Positions 20,401-31,823 of a stretch of DNA of 64,000 bases are shown here, piece after piece. The notes under the pieces are model-generated. The model saw only the letters and a program-made list of their open reading frames with translations. It had not been told where the DNA came from and made no database searches. The stretch covers positions 248,001-312,000 of the forward strand of contig VRMN01000014.1 of assembly GCA_008690995.1 (NCBI GenBank). The letters run 5' to 3'. This DNA comes from Porphyridium purpureum. Its lineage: Eukaryota. Positions within the stretch are counted from its first letter, which is position 1. Each line of letters opens with the position of its first letter. The position numbers and the translations under genes are program-made.

Positions 20401-22103
20401 ACGTCCTTGCCTCCACTCCCGGTATCGGTGTCTTTAGAACTCGTGGGTAAAGCATGGACCGGCTGATCGTGTGTTCCCGATGCCACTGTGCTTTCCACCG
20501 CACCAGCACTAGCAGCAAGTGGCGCGGTCTGTGTCGGAGCCGCCACACTCGCGGCTTCTGTCGGTCCTGCGGTCGCTGCAGAAGGAGACGCAAAGAAAGC
20601 CAGTGCGCTGCCCGGCGTCGCGGGCGCCGCGACATTAGAGACCGGCGCAAACCGATCCGTCGCTACCACCGGCGTGGAGAATGACACTGCTTTGCTTGTC
20701 GAAAATGAAAAGAGCGGCGCCGTGTTGGAGCCGGAGCCAAACACGAATGGGCTCGAGCTAAGGCTCGAACTATTCCATGCCTGAGTTGGCGCACTGCCGG
20801 CAGTGCTTGCTCCAAACGGAACCGCACCAAATGTGGCCGCACCAAAGGCAGTGCTACCAAACGAGGCCGCGCTGTTGGTTGAAAATGAATACGCCGCGCC
20901 AAAGCTTGCCGGTGCCGATAAGCCCGAAGCGGAGAACGCACTTTTCGTGCCAAACAAAGGTGCCGGGGCTGCGCTCTCAGACGCGGGCGCCTGCGATGAA
21001 GTGGCTGGCTCAGATAAAGTGGCATTGCCTTTGCCATCATCAGGCTTTGCTTGAGCGGGGAGTTGCTCTGGGGTACAAGCCACTTGTGCTTTTGTCTCGG
21101 ATTCGTCACCAACAGCAGCTTGTCCTGCAGAACTCGCAACTGCATCCTGAGCATCGGCAGTATTTTCCTGCTCCAAGAGATGCTTGGTGTCAGCCGGTTC
21201 ACTTCTGGCAGCAGCTGCGGCTGGTTCAGTGCTATCTTTTACGCCTTGTCTATCCGACTGAGCTTCCCCCTTAGCCGGTGCTACAGGCTGTGACTCGCGT
21301 TCGCCGTCGGCTACCTTATTCACTAAAGGTGCGCTTTCAATCGGTCCGCTGGCAGCATCTCGGATAGTATCTTGTGCGGGATCTTTGCTTTCGTCCACAC
21401 CCATGTTGTTGCCCGCTGCGGTCGCGTCCTTGTCTGACTTTTCGAGGTCCAAGGAGTTCGACCCTGGAGACTCCTGAGACCTGGACAACTCATCCCCGAG
21501 CTCATTATCTTCATCGCCAGTGTCCAGCGCTTCTTGTGCTTCATCTTCATCCTCTGAGTCTAAGCGCGCACTGCCACTGTCAAGCCCCACGTCTTCATCC
21601 CCATCCTCTTGCTCCTCCGCATCCTCTCCATCGAGGTCAACAATCTCCACATCCGCGCCATCTCCACCTGCCTGATTCCCATTCCCATCCGACGCTGACA
21701 TGGAAGCCGGCCCCGACGATCCATCTCGCGCTTGGTCTCCGTCCTCATCCAGCGCGCGCTCGGACGCAGATGCAGAGCCACCATCATCATCCACATCACT
21801 GCTAATCTCTTCGAGCATCTCTTCCTCTTCCTCATCCTCCCCATACACTTGCAGCTCCCCGCCGTCATCGCCGTGCTCAACCATCATCATACCACCCGCG
21901 TCATCATCCCCGTCGCCGTCGTCCGTCCTAGACCCGGGCGCACCCACAGCCAACCAGCTCTCATGCTCGTGTTGTTCTCGTCCAGGCGCAAGCGCTTCTC
22001 CACCGCCATGCGCAGCACCCTCCTCATCCTCGCGCGCACCATCAAGCTCGATGTCGTCATCCGCTGCGCCGATCAGCGACGCGTCTTCGTCCATCTCATC
22101 CAT
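17421..22103 (-). CDS. ~1560-aa putative nuclear-basket protein: acidic N-terminus, FG/FxF repeats, RanBD/PH-like domain, C-terminal C3HC/Rsm1 (ZC3HC1/NIPA/Pml39-like) domain
   Basis: CRPWERADFMRRLHSFKPSWW...AVECARRGW; LECEFC...FDVLLEHRPYC; PLFG/SFG/AFG/FVFG repeats. ATG (MDEMDED) at 22103. Confidence 0.8.
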   Translation of the reverse strand: MDEMDEDASLIGAADDDIELDGAREDEEGAAHGGGEALAPGREQHEHESWLAVGAPGSRTDDGDGDDDAGGMMMVEHGDDGGELQVYGEDEEEEEMLEEISSDVDDDGGSASASERALDEDGDQARDGSSGPASMSASDGNGNQAGGDGADVEIVDLDGEDAEEQEDGDEDVGLDSGSARLDSEDEDEAQEALDTGDEDNELGDELSRSQESPGSNSLDLEKSDKDATAAGNNMGVDESKDPAQDTIRDAASGPIESAPLVNKVADGERESQPVAPAKGEAQSDRQGVKDSTEPAAAAARSEPADTKHLLEQENTADAQDAVASSAGQAAVGDESETKAQVACTPEQLPAQAKPDDGKGNATLSEPATSSQAPASESAAPAPLFGTKSAFSASGLSAPASFGAAYSFSTNSAASFGSTAFGAATFGAVPFGASTAGSAPTQAWNSSSLSSSPFVFGSGSNTAPLFSFSTSKAVSFSTPVVATDRFAPVSNVAAPATPGSALAFFASPSAATAGPTEAASVAAPTQTAPLAASAGAVESTVASGTHDQPVHALPTSSKDTDTGSGGKDVAMADSGDNGSVGAPEIAQAEESMEKRDPAVEASPFVFAPAVAAGGVDFSFAGASGTNAGDSQNQGEGDNDDDSDMSTDEDAPNTSAAPPAPVFVFGSQSVVPGAQAFGGVPLQVAPEWGGTSENDKVKHKNGSLEHKTETDIAAKEDVKASGTGAHKYQESALPVTGGSHVVMMYRARLVDNVGSTTTPREDCGWLEFQLLQSGENADTREIHFVNEETRDTVKQVPITSLMQVRKLKLKSVVVDPLGPDQAGFVMQLLSVEDADTVLAKFQHCIGRAPASAPASGPALQASSPKVQVAPLEASTATQDVRASGSAGGQLAKGSSSSLSKEAQAQKLKARLLKLKQKKVSGSDTREAKSAEHQEKNVDENLQTLPAATSLLPKEAAVPSVSAGEAETRADAGPSDVPGFTSDISAAPAEKPSEVLIDTALALSKEGDHDQGSTVVFESQEDQATEPAAASAMDTESVTVHPGSPIDLNIVQDVDRETPGPESQANAKVIDPSDHGPPVDMAPDTAPRQFSALYDGMEVEKSEEGAGAEATVEAVAVTKPTLDHGKGNDEKCESDQGAHFLEPSLPPVVTTSDPDRDVRVETGAMRPSDSIARDVECRASSPPCANEQNEPSAQWTAEQLELDAEMTDLRESLNRSKGELAAAGSDLQSALEAVRSLTKTLRGFHQNALESEDLLASVPLEKKCRPWERADFMRRLHSFKPSWWACKSPAIDAVECARRGWYNSGYNRLKSEDGAEIVFRAERVHDMSPGAEEETARVLELICGAGHAVLSGWIGNLCPAAFGSLPYESESEYAATLTSRIRLVEDMAMNVVVAERAIDALGNMFERCKAQSQSAGAPSMLSLVVAICGWVPVSASSLINCSDLEWNRTERRGGTTMPHFGARAQTSAHARFAHGVVLECEFCRQQLDLETLEKEQAFDVLLEHRPYCCFVRADAWKAAGRILLKALEQRDQSDSGDGDPDSERKRVVEPDQSTISGKRLRVE

Positions 22104-24003
22104 CTCGTCTCCCCAAACACCACGCTCAAACACGCGTTGCCTCCCGCACGCGCCTTCTCGCTCGTGCGCGCTTGTCGCGTCTGTGCGACTGGCCCGGCCA
22201 CGTGCGTGACGCCGCGTGTTTGTGTTTGCGTGTGACTTTGTGCGTGCGCGTGTGTGCGTGCGGACAGACCGGCAGCCTCCGCGAGATGCAACCAGCGCGT
22301 CTGAGAATGGTGGCGCCTGGCGAATGGCGGCTGTGAGTGGTGCGTGCGACGACGTGGCACGAAGGGTTTTTTTTTTTTTGGTCGTCGCGGGCACCGACCG
22401 CGTGTGCCTCTTTTCACGAGAGTGCGACGGGTCACGGCGAGAATGAAGAGATGCCCGATTCCCAAGCACACCAGCTGCGGAGGCTCTTGGCCCGTGCTGC
22501 ACGGAGAAGAGTATGACACAGATGTCCTGGAAAAAAGGTAAAGTGAAGTCTCCAGCATTCGATGATATTGTCGAGCACATGTCACGAGACAGGAGAGCGT
22601 CCACGGGGGGACATCAACGCAGAATGGTGCATTTCTACAACGGAAAGCGAATGAAAACCACTGCATCTCGGCGAGTATTCTAATGTCCGGTGCACATGTG
22701 TCTTGCTCGCCACTAGCCTGTTTTCCGCGAGACGAGTGTTCCATTTAAAATGTCTCCCGATGCCGTTTGAGGGAGCGACATTCAGTTTAGCGCATCTGGG
22801 TAGCTTGCGTCTGCCAAGATGTCGCTCGTTCTGCGCCCGTCCGGAAACTCGCTCGTTTTGGGGACGTGTGTTGTGTGGCTCTTATTTATTTATTTTCGCG
22901 TATCTCTGTGGAGCCTTTCGTAGCACTCCAGGAAAGTAAAGAGACTTTTAAAGCTGGTCATGTATCTACAGCGTGTGCCCTCGGCCAGAACCGTACGTCT
23001 CTAATTTGTTCAGGCAGCTCTTCCGCCCGGGTGACATAATCGCAAGGGATGGGGACAAATATTATAATGCATGGCGAAGAAGACAGAGCCATAGCGGTGG
23101 ACGTTGTGCGCATCTGTGCACGGGCTGATGGGCGGCTGGCTTTATTCTTCTTGTCATACTGCGGGCTCCATGAGTGCACGCGTACAGACATGTCTTTTGC
23201 ATGGGGCTGAATCGACCAGCTGGAATTCGTCGCTTTGGTATTCGACCCCGCGACGACGTACGCTGCATTATGAAGGCCGAGATGTCGCGTCAGAAGTGAA
23301 GTGTTCGATAGTTGCGCGCAGTGTCTGCGCATCCAACGCACGCGAGCGTCGCTCTGCACTCGCGAAAGCCATATGCACCACTTTGTTGATATTCTCACTG
23401 TACTATCCGTCCATATTTCTCTTACAATCTCCCTTCCCTTTCTGCTGCAGCAATGAATGTCGCGTATGCCTTTAGCTCATTCGTCCCGTCCCATGCTTCA
23501 AACACAATTACCCGCGCAACGCTAGCGACACCTCTCGCCTTCGTCACGTCACACTCGACCCATTTCACTCCTTTCTCAACATTCTGTGCACCACGCCGCG
23601 CCAAAGTGCTCTGAATATCCGCTCTGTCTCTCGGGTTTGCGTCTCGACTCCAGCATGTCACCGGGATGACATCACCCTATCAAACAGGATCCCGACAATT
23701 CCGCGTTCACTGCAGCATGTGGCAGTATTCATTCTGGTCCAGGGTCATCCACATCTCACTCATCGGTCCGCAAGATGCGCCACTCTTTTTTGCACATGCG
23801 CACGAACCTGTGCACGGACGACGCGCTCGATTTTCAGGCGAGCGTGGTAAGTTGCCATCCCTGTTTCGTTCAGATTTCGAGGCCTGTCTCGAGAAGTGCC
23901 TCCCACAAGGTGCAGTCGGTCGTCTGTTGAAAAGCCCTTGTTCTGTCATTTTCGTGCGGGACCCGTGCTTCCCTCGCACGTGCAGGTATCTGCTTCTGCC
24001 TGT

Positions 24004-24036
24004 GGGTATCTATGGGTATCTATGGGTATCTATGGG
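24004..24036. repeat. Tandem 10-mer (GGGTATCTAT) x3
   Basis: Direct reading. Confidence 0.85.
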
Positions 24037-26491
24037 AACATGTGGGTATCTGTGTATTTCCGGGTTGAAAGGTATACTACTTCGCCGAAGCGCAGCATGC
24101 CTCGTTTCGACGGTGCGCGGGGGTCAAGTTGCTCGACACGAAGACGGAACTTTGATCGGGAAGATATGCCATGGGCTCGCGTGCGCCAGCATGGGCGCAG
24201 GCCTGCGAGCGACCCGCATGTGGTAAGCATGCGTTTGCTCCAGCACTAGCCTGCACAAGTGAACCCGCTACTAAACTCGTCTTGCTCCAAGCGGTCACCA
24301 TGCAGAAAGCTCTTCGACTTCAAGGCGGGGAAGAAGGCATGTCGCACGAGCAGCCAAGTCTTCGGCACTTTGATGTGCGACAAGCGCCACGCAACCCGCC
24401 CTCCACATCTCTCTCCTCCGCTGCGCACAAAGATTCGATCCCTCTTCTGTCCGTCTCCTCTGCGCCTGTGCAGCACCTCAGCATTCTCATCCTGCGCCGC
24501 CCGCCTCATCCGCGCTCATCGAGCTCTTCTCGATTCTCCTCCTCCGCGTGGCACACCATCTCACACGCAACCTCACATCCGTTAACGCTCAACACCTCAT
24601 CAATCTTCATTTCCGATGTCGTCACCGCACGCATCACGCCATCCAGTCATCACGCGGCCCGCGTGTTGGCACTACGCTGTTCGTCACCACACATCACATC
24701 TTCTCCACACGTGAATCACATCCTATTGTTCTTCACACCGCAACCATGTCGCGCACTGGGTTCCACGCGGTTAGAATAAACGAGTAAGTGATAGATATGA
24801 GGTGCAGGCTCAAGATGACGTGCACATGTTCCGTCAGATGCCACGCCATATAATCGTGCGACTCGGTCTCCCGCCCTGCACGCGGCCCCGCGCATTTCAC
24901 CTGACGTACCTGATTCACGTATTAATTGGGTGTACAGTGATTTCTTCATGTAAAAGAAGCTCGTTTTACTATGTTCATGCTGAGGTTCAGTCGGCTTGGT
25001 TAATGGGCTGCGCTGCGGCGCGAGCAATGTGCGAGCTGGATGGGAGCGCTTGGGTGTGCGGCGCCGAACATGCACAGCTGCTGCTTGATGGCAGAAGATT
25101 CCAGCTGTGCCTGTGGATGTGCTTGCGGCAGCATGCGCATGCTTACCTCTCTGTGTCTGTATAGGTCTGGTAAAGGAGTGTCAGGCGTGATACATGCTAA
25201 ATGCGCAACTGCTGGTGACGCGGACAGGGCTTTAAGGGGTGGTGCTGCTACCCGCGGTGAGTCGAGTCGCCCCTAAACGAACGACGCCGCTGAATCTCAT
25301 ACCTCATGCACAAAGCCCGCGTCGGACGGCGCGGGGTTTTGGCTGCGACGAACATGCTTGCAAGCACATCCACGCTCACAGCGCAGCAGACTTTGTTCGT
25401 TCATTGTCTCCCATGCATCTCGGCCTACCTCGGGCATGCGGTCAGTAACTTCCACCATTGTCCAGCCGCATGTCCCTGCACACCATTGTCTGGACATGAG
25501 CCGTAAACTTCCCGCAAGACCTACCCTGCCAGTCCTGCCATGTCGAAGAGCCAAACCCGCCACTCGCAGGATAATGACGCACACGTTACCGGGATGGTCA
25601 CACCACACTCATCCCTGCTCGCGTATCGCACTGGGAACACATTCGATACCTCTTTTTCCCCCCTGCCCACTGATCTCCTATCACTTCAGCTTCCGCAGCC
25701 CCTCCGCATTCGAATCTCTCATCAGCAAGAGCCTCCGATGAGCGCAGACCATCCGCAGCCTGCTCGAAGGAGGGGGTATCCAGTCCATTCTCGCCACGAA
25801 CCCCCACACACCAGTCCCCACCACCACATTCTTCAGCCGCTCCGCGTGCAAGTTGGCCGTGACGTGACCTGCCGCCTTTTCGTGCCGATTTTTGGATAAC
25901 GCTCGACCCCTCCAATTATAGCGCTGGGTACAGTGTGTACAGCAAGGTATTTCTATGAAAAAGTGCCCGTTTTGTGATTTCGGGGCGGTGGTGCTCAGGC
26001 GGAATCGAAACGGTGGCGGCAGCAGGCGCGCAAGCGGTCACGTGGCAGGTTGCGGGTGTTGCGTGCCTGCGTGGTATGATTATCGTGTTGCTGCTCATCC
26101 GAGAATCTTGGCGTGCGGCGCTGCGGCGCGCGTGATCGGCGGGACGGGAGGCGTTGAGGCTGGGGAGGAAGCCGCGAGGAGACGACGCGCAGATGGGAAG
26201 AGGTGAAGATGCGATTCCGTTCCCGTCGTGGCGGTCTTCGGCTCCTCAGTGTGCCGTGCGACCGTGCGACTCGAACAGCCGGCCGGCATGCATGCCTATA
26301 TAATGTGTGCGGTAACGGAGGGCAGCAGCAATGACGGCTTGGGATGTCAGGCAGAAGAAGTGAGGCAAGGAGCAGAGGCATCTAGACTGGGAGTCCCGCG
26401 CTGAACGTCGGCTCTGTATTTGCAGGACTCGGGGGTGCGAAGGGATAGCTTTACAAGCCTCGGGGCGCTTGAAAGCCGAGTGGGAGAGAGA

Positions 26492-28201
26492 ATGGACCAA
26501 ATCGTGTACGATGTGAACCCATTCTCGGGTGCTGCGCAGATGCAGGCGTGGCAGTGGATTTTCGCGTGTTGCTTGATCGCATCCTTCTTGCAAGGTGCGG
26601 CTATGGGGGCCAATGACTTGGCCAACTGCTTTGGAACCTCTGTGGGCGCCAAGGTACTGACTGTGACACAGGCGTGCATTGCAGGAACTTTATTTATCTC
26701 GTTGGGCTCCATGACAATTGGCTCGCAGGTCGCCAAGACGGTCGGCAAGGGCATTGTCAACTACAAACTGTTCGCGGATATTCCGCAGCTCTTTGCATTG
26801 GGAATGTTGACCGCCGCCGTCTCTGCAGGTCTTTGGGTTGCGCTTGCGACCTGGCTCAGCATGCCGGTGTCCACGACACATTCGATTGTTGGGTCCGTGA
26901 TGGGCTTTGGTCTGGTGCAGTTTGGCGGCTCCGGCATTGACTGGTGGCCCGGTGTGGGCCAGATTGTGCTTTCGTGGGTCGCGTCGCCAGTCGTGACGGG
27001 TATTTTCTCTGTTGCATTCTACTTGCTTGCCAAGTACTGGTTCTTGCGCCCTGTGCAAAAGGACGATTCGCGTATCGAGTGGGGCAAGAAACAGCAAATC
27101 TGGTACTTGGCCATTGTGCTGTTCTTGGTATTCTTGACATTCCTAATCTTTGTGACCTTCACATATGACGAGGATAGTGTCGGCCTGAACCTTGGCGTTT
27201 CGTTCGGTGTTTCCACTGCCATTGCTCTCATCTGGGTGGTCGGACTGCACAAACCGATCAACAACTACTTTGCCAAGCGTGGGTTGGTGGGCGGCTTCCA
27301 CGACGAAGATGACATCATTGCCAAGGATCTCGATGAGATTGATGAACTGAGCGCCTCCAGCGATCACGATGAGGAAAACGCCACGGCGTCAGCCGAAAGA
27401 GCCGGGCCGGCCCCAGCAGCTGTTGCCAGCGCGGCAGCGTCTGGCGCGTCGCAGCGCTCCAATGCCATGTCTGTGGTGAGCTCAATTATGAGGTCCGACG
27501 CCGACATGCGCGCAGATGGTCTGCCGCCGAATGACATTTGGCACCCGGAGCTCGAGTCTCGCTTTGCCTTTGGGCAGATGGTGTCGGCGTGCTACGAGGC
27601 CATTGCCTTTGGCGCCAATGACATTGGAAACTCGAGCGGGCCCCTCATTGCCGTATTCCAGACCATTGAGTACGCGGGTGTGGTCAGCAAGCCCCAGCCA
27701 GAGTACTGGGCGTTGGCTTATTGCACGGCTGGCATTCTCTTTGGTCTGTGGCTGTTTGGCGCAAACGTCATGCGAACCATCGGCCAGAACATCACGCTGA
27801 TGACTCCAATCCGAGGCCTGTGCGCCGAGTTGGCAACTGCCTTTTCCGTGCTGATTGCGTCGTACATCGGCATCCCCGTGTCAACCACGCACTGCAGCGT
27901 TGGTGGCGTGATTGGAGCTGGTCTGTGCGAGACGAAGGGTTACAAGAAGGTCAACTGGAAGCTGCTGACCAAGGTCTTTGCTTCGTGGGTGCTTACATTG
28001 CCAGTCGCCATGGGCGTGAATGCGCTCATTTACTTCATCTGCCGCGGTGGAACGCAGGGCCAATGGTTTGTGCCGCCAGCCGCAGTCGTCGGCAATGGCG
28101 TCAAGGATGCGTTCAACGATTACGAGTACACTTGCGTCGGCAACGCCGATATTCAGAAATGCACGCTCTCCTTTCCGTCAGAGTATCTGACAGAGCAGTA
28201 A
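26492..28201 (+). CDS. PiT/PHO4-family inorganic phosphate transporter
   Basis: GANDLAN and GANDIGN signatures, PVSTTHSIVG and PVSTTHCSVG, many TM segments. Confidence 0.95.
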   Translation: MDQIVYDVNPFSGAAQMQAWQWIFACCLIASFLQGAAMGANDLANCFGTSVGAKVLTVTQACIAGTLFISLGSMTIGSQVAKTVGKGIVNYKLFADIPQLFALGMLTAAVSAGLWVALATWLSMPVSTTHSIVGSVMGFGLVQFGGSGIDWWPGVGQIVLSWVASPVVTGIFSVAFYLLAKYWFLRPVQKDDSRIEWGKKQQIWYLAIVLFLVFLTFLIFVTFTYDEDSVGLNLGVSFGVSTAIALIWVVGLHKPINNYFAKRGLVGGFHDEDDIIAKDLDEIDELSASSDHDEENATASAERAGPAPAAVASAAASGASQRSNAMSVVSSIMRSDADMRADGLPPNDIWHPELESRFAFGQMVSACYEAIAFGANDIGNSSGPLIAVFQTIEYAGVVSKPQPEYWALAYCTAGILFGLWLFGANVMRTIGQNITLMTPIRGLCAELATAFSVLIASYIGIPVSTTHCSVGGVIGAGLCETKGYKKVNWKLLTKVFASWVLTLPVAMGVNALIYFICRGGTQGQWFVPPAAVVGNGVKDAFNDYEYTCVGNADIQKCTLSFPSEYLTEQ

Positions 28202-28512
28202 GCCAGCGGAGCAGGCACGCGTAGGCCGTGCGCCCAGAGTTACTGCGAACATCGTTCGACGCTATGTTTGTCGGTGCGCAAGGACCAATGTGATGCATTT
28301 AGCGTTGGATCAGTATATAAAGTCCTTTGTGTATGCTTGTCTGTGTGTTAAGACCGGCGCGGCAAACGCGGATTGGGTATATCTACATCAGGTGGCGAAG
28401 CGAGCACCTTTTCCTCTCTCCACTGTCAGTGCGAGTATGTACAGGGGCCACATAAACCAAGCAGTCGTACGGCGTTCTTCGGTCTCTTCTTCGCTGAAAG
28501 GACAGGTTTGCG

Positions 28513-29829
28513 ATGGCCTCTGCCAGTGCTCCTGCCTTGGCTGCTGAACCCGGTCTGCGCGTCCAGGTCACGCCAAATGCCGGCCGGTCACTGTACGCGG
28601 CGCTACCGTTCGATGACGGCGACGTCCTGCTTGCAGAGCGTCCGTCATGGGTGATGCAAAGCGTCGAGTCGCGCCAAGAGAGCGCGGCGAATGGAGCGGA
28701 CGTGTGCGGTTTGTGCGGAACGTGTGCTCGATCGTTCGGACACCAAATTCGCGCTACTCTGCAAGCTCCGTCCGCAGACTCTGTTCCACGTTCACCTGCC
28801 GATGACACGAAGCTCGTGTCGGAGCTGTTGCAGCTGCTGCAGTCGGACGCAGAAGACGGCGCGGCGTGCGTCAAGACTTTCGCATGTGCATCCGCGTCGC
28901 ACGGCGATCGTACGTGCGAGCAGATCTACTGCTCGACTGCGTGTGCTGAGAGAGACTGGCTCGCCGGACATCGCATGATGTGCGTTTCTGTGAACGCAGA
29001 CCTGATGTCGCAGCTCGATGAGCTTGCGCGCGGCCGATATGTGTGCCTCAGGTACGCCGTGGACCTGCTTGTGCGGGTGGCGGCAGTAGCGACCAGCGAG
29101 CCGACTGCAAACGTGCTCGAATGCTCATGGGTAGCAGAGCTGGAACACAGGTCTGAATGGAGTTCGAGTTGGCAATGCAGTTCGGGCAGACGACAAAAAG
29201 ACGCGGTCAAGGTGCGACGCGCCGCGTGCATCGCGACCGGGATGTGCGGAAGGCATGTGAGTGAAGCGGACGTTGAGCGCGTGTTGACGGCTCTCGATAT
29301 CAATGCTGTAAGTGTGCAATTGTCGAGTGGCATTTACTCACGCATGCACGCATGGTTGAGAAATTCTGCCCAGCACGCTGTGTTGGATTGCAGCGAGTCC
29401 GAGTTGCCATCGGCACTTGGAGAGTTGATTTCGCGCGTAGAAATTCGGATGGGCCTACGACCGCAGTACGCATCAGGCAAGCTCGACGCGAGCAAGTACA
29501 CTGTCGCCCAGCTTGCTGCGACACTCACGTGCTTGTTTCCACCGACCGAGTTTATCGCACTGCATCGCACTGTTTCATTGTTAAACCATTCGTGTCGGCC
29601 GAATGTGCGCCTGGAACATAGACTCGTGTCGGCAGAAACCGAGGTCGCACCTGCTGGGATCGAGACGCGAGCCATTGCCATGTCTTGTGAGAACGATTGT
29701 GAAGCAGCCATTCGGCCGGACGATGAACTCACCATTTCATACATTGACGCATCAATCGATGACACGCCAGTACGTCAGCAGCTGCTCGCGCCGTACGGAT
29801 TCGTATGTGGATGCACCAAGTGCGGGTAA
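28513..29829 (+). CDS. SMYD-like SET/MYND lysine methyltransferase
   Basis: GRSLYA, MYND-like YCSTAC...W...HRMMC, LLNHSCRPN, ELTISYID, post-SET FVCGCTKC. Confidence 0.88.
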   Translation: MASASAPALAAEPGLRVQVTPNAGRSLYAALPFDDGDVLLAERPSWVMQSVESRQESAANGADVCGLCGTCARSFGHQIRATLQAPSADSVPRSPADDTKLVSELLQLLQSDAEDGAACVKTFACASASHGDRTCEQIYCSTACAERDWLAGHRMMCVSVNADLMSQLDELARGRYVCLRYAVDLLVRVAAVATSEPTANVLECSWVAELEHRSEWSSSWQCSSGRRQKDAVKVRRAACIATGMCGRHVSEADVERVLTALDINAVSVQLSSGIYSRMHAWLRNSAQHAVLDCSESELPSALGELISRVEIRMGLRPQYASGKLDASKYTVAQLAATLTCLFPPTEFIALHRTVSLLNHSCRPNVRLEHRLVSAETEVAPAGIETRAIAMSCENDCEAAIRPDDELTISYIDASIDDTPVRQQLLAPYGFVCGCTKCG

Positions 29830-30639
29830 GCCGCGCGGCGCGCCGATTCTTGCCAGCTTTTACTGCAGAAGCCTGTCATTTCTTTCTGTCTCTTTGGACT
29901 CCTCGCGCGCGTTTTTACTGAAAGTGAAGGTCACGCGATGGCACCGTTGTATCATGTCCGCGTCGAAGTAGCGTCTTACTATTGCCTGCGACGCTCGAAC
30001 TCGACTTGCAAATCGACAATCGAGTCAAGCCCCGACTTGACAAAGTACAAAATCGTGATGTACATGCGGGCAGACCAAAGTTGGGCCGCAATCATCTGCA
30101 TAGACGCCGCAAGTATTCCCAGGGGCGCCGTAGCGGATGCCAAGGGTGGACCTGAGCTTGAGTTGCCGTGGAATTTGCTCCGCTCCCGTGACACGCTGGC
30201 CGAAATTAAAGCGGCGAGCGTAGTCGCGCAGGCACGACCCAGCGCTTCAAGAATCATTTTCGAGATGCTCGCGCGAAAACAGAATGATGATCAGCAATCT
30301 TCGCACCGCCACCTTGATGCCACCCTTACCAAGCCAGAAGGAGCAAGAAAAAGACACGAAAGGGTAGCCCGCTGTGTCCCCCCATAAAGTCAATCTGGTC
30401 GAAAAGCGGGTTGGGAGTCGATAAAAACACAAGCACCGAGAAGAAGCCGAGGTGGCGCGCCGCAAAGTCGAGCATGTTTTTTCTTCAGCTCGTCCGGCCA
30501 GAACTCGATACGCATCGCGCAAAAATCATACTATGCTCTGGGGACACCGAGGGCGCCCCTATCTGACTGGCCGGCACCCGACACGGACGATCGAGCAGAA
30601 TTGCGTGACCGCCGCGTGGGCCGCGCGTGGGACATGCCA

Positions 30640-31480
30640 CGAGTTATCACTTCGCTTTCTGCGAGAGCCAAGTCAAATGAAATAGCTGGCGGCGCACTGT
30701 GACGCTGCGACTACTCAAAAAGTCTCATGCGCGAGCCACGACCTAGATTCCTAGAACCGGTCGAGGCTGCGGTATCATTCTCCAGCTCATGAAGTACCGC
30801 AGCGAGCGACCGTTTGGGCGGCGGTGTCTCTTTTCCGTTCAGACCACGGCCGACCGCATCAATCAGTCGTGGAGCGGGCAGCGTGTCGGTAAATGACTCG
30901 ATGTTGGCTCTCGTTGCGGCGCGCGCGATTAAAAAAACGGCGGCAACTCGCCGAGAGTTGTGCCATATCCCCACAAAAAGCACTCGTATGCGACCTTGCT
31001 GAATATGTGCACCATGGGAATGACAATCTCACACCATAAGCCTTCGGCGCTCTCCACAGAGTCAAGACGCCGCGTGCTAAAGTCTAGCGTGTCGCACTCG
31101 GACACAATCAGCGTGGTCCGCGCAATGTGCGGTGCCAGGTAGAGCACGAACGTGTGCAAGCCGGAGCCCATTCTTGCAGAGATCAGCATGCCCAAAACCA
31201 CCCACCGAACAAACCACCGCACTTCTTGCGCAGCCGTGCTCCACGTACGCTCATGGACGCACAAGCGGCATCCCACGAGTGCCTAACACAGCGCGATGAC
31301 TCCCGCTAAAACGTCACGTGCACGCATACACACCATGCGAGACGCACGCACGAACATGCACAGCACTGCGCGAAGCGGCACCCGACTGTACGTCGCCATC
31401 CCACTCATGATGCCCGCGTCGGCGACTCTGCATTTGCGCACGTGCCGCTCGCGCGTGCGCGCCAGGCACAAAGTCCATCG
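30640..31480 (-). pseudogene. VMP1: VMP1 (vacuole membrane protein 1)-like pseudogene
   Basis: GSGLHTFVLYLAPHIA and ECFLWGYGTTLGELPPFF, then a frameshift at a T run to LIARAA; stops and C-terminal decay. Boundaries approximate. Confidence 0.8.
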
Positions 31481-31823
31481 GGATGCTCCTTCCGACGCTG
31501 GTCGTGCGCATCGGCGTGACGCCGTGCTTTTATCTCGGCTTCATCTAACTAGACAACTACGAAAGCATACATGCAGCCATGACCCAGAACCCAAAGAAGG
31601 ATTTCGGTGCCGCGGTCGGTGCCAAGCCCTGCTCGGTGGCGACCTGACGCGCACGACGAGCTTGTCGCATGCCGTGACGACGCTCGCGCACCGCGCATGT
31701 ATTCGCATATATAAATGAGTGTGTGGATTTCTGTTTGACCGAGCAGGATGGCCACCGCGACTTGTGATGGCCACCGAGCTCGTTACGCTAGCGCGCTCCG
31801 TGATGCAAGCGAAAGACACTGCT

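Noticed and set aside
22104..22604. N-terminal extension of the 1727-aa ORF
   Set aside because: Non-ATG start; runs through UTR-like GT repeats and a poly-T run.
26401..26425. Branch/acceptor-like CTGAAC...TTTGCAG upstream of the PiT gene
   Set aside because: A possible 5'UTR intron, but no confident donor can be assigned.
29938..30387. 149-aa ORF after the SET gene
   Set aside because: No recognisable motif; adjacent to pseudogene debris.
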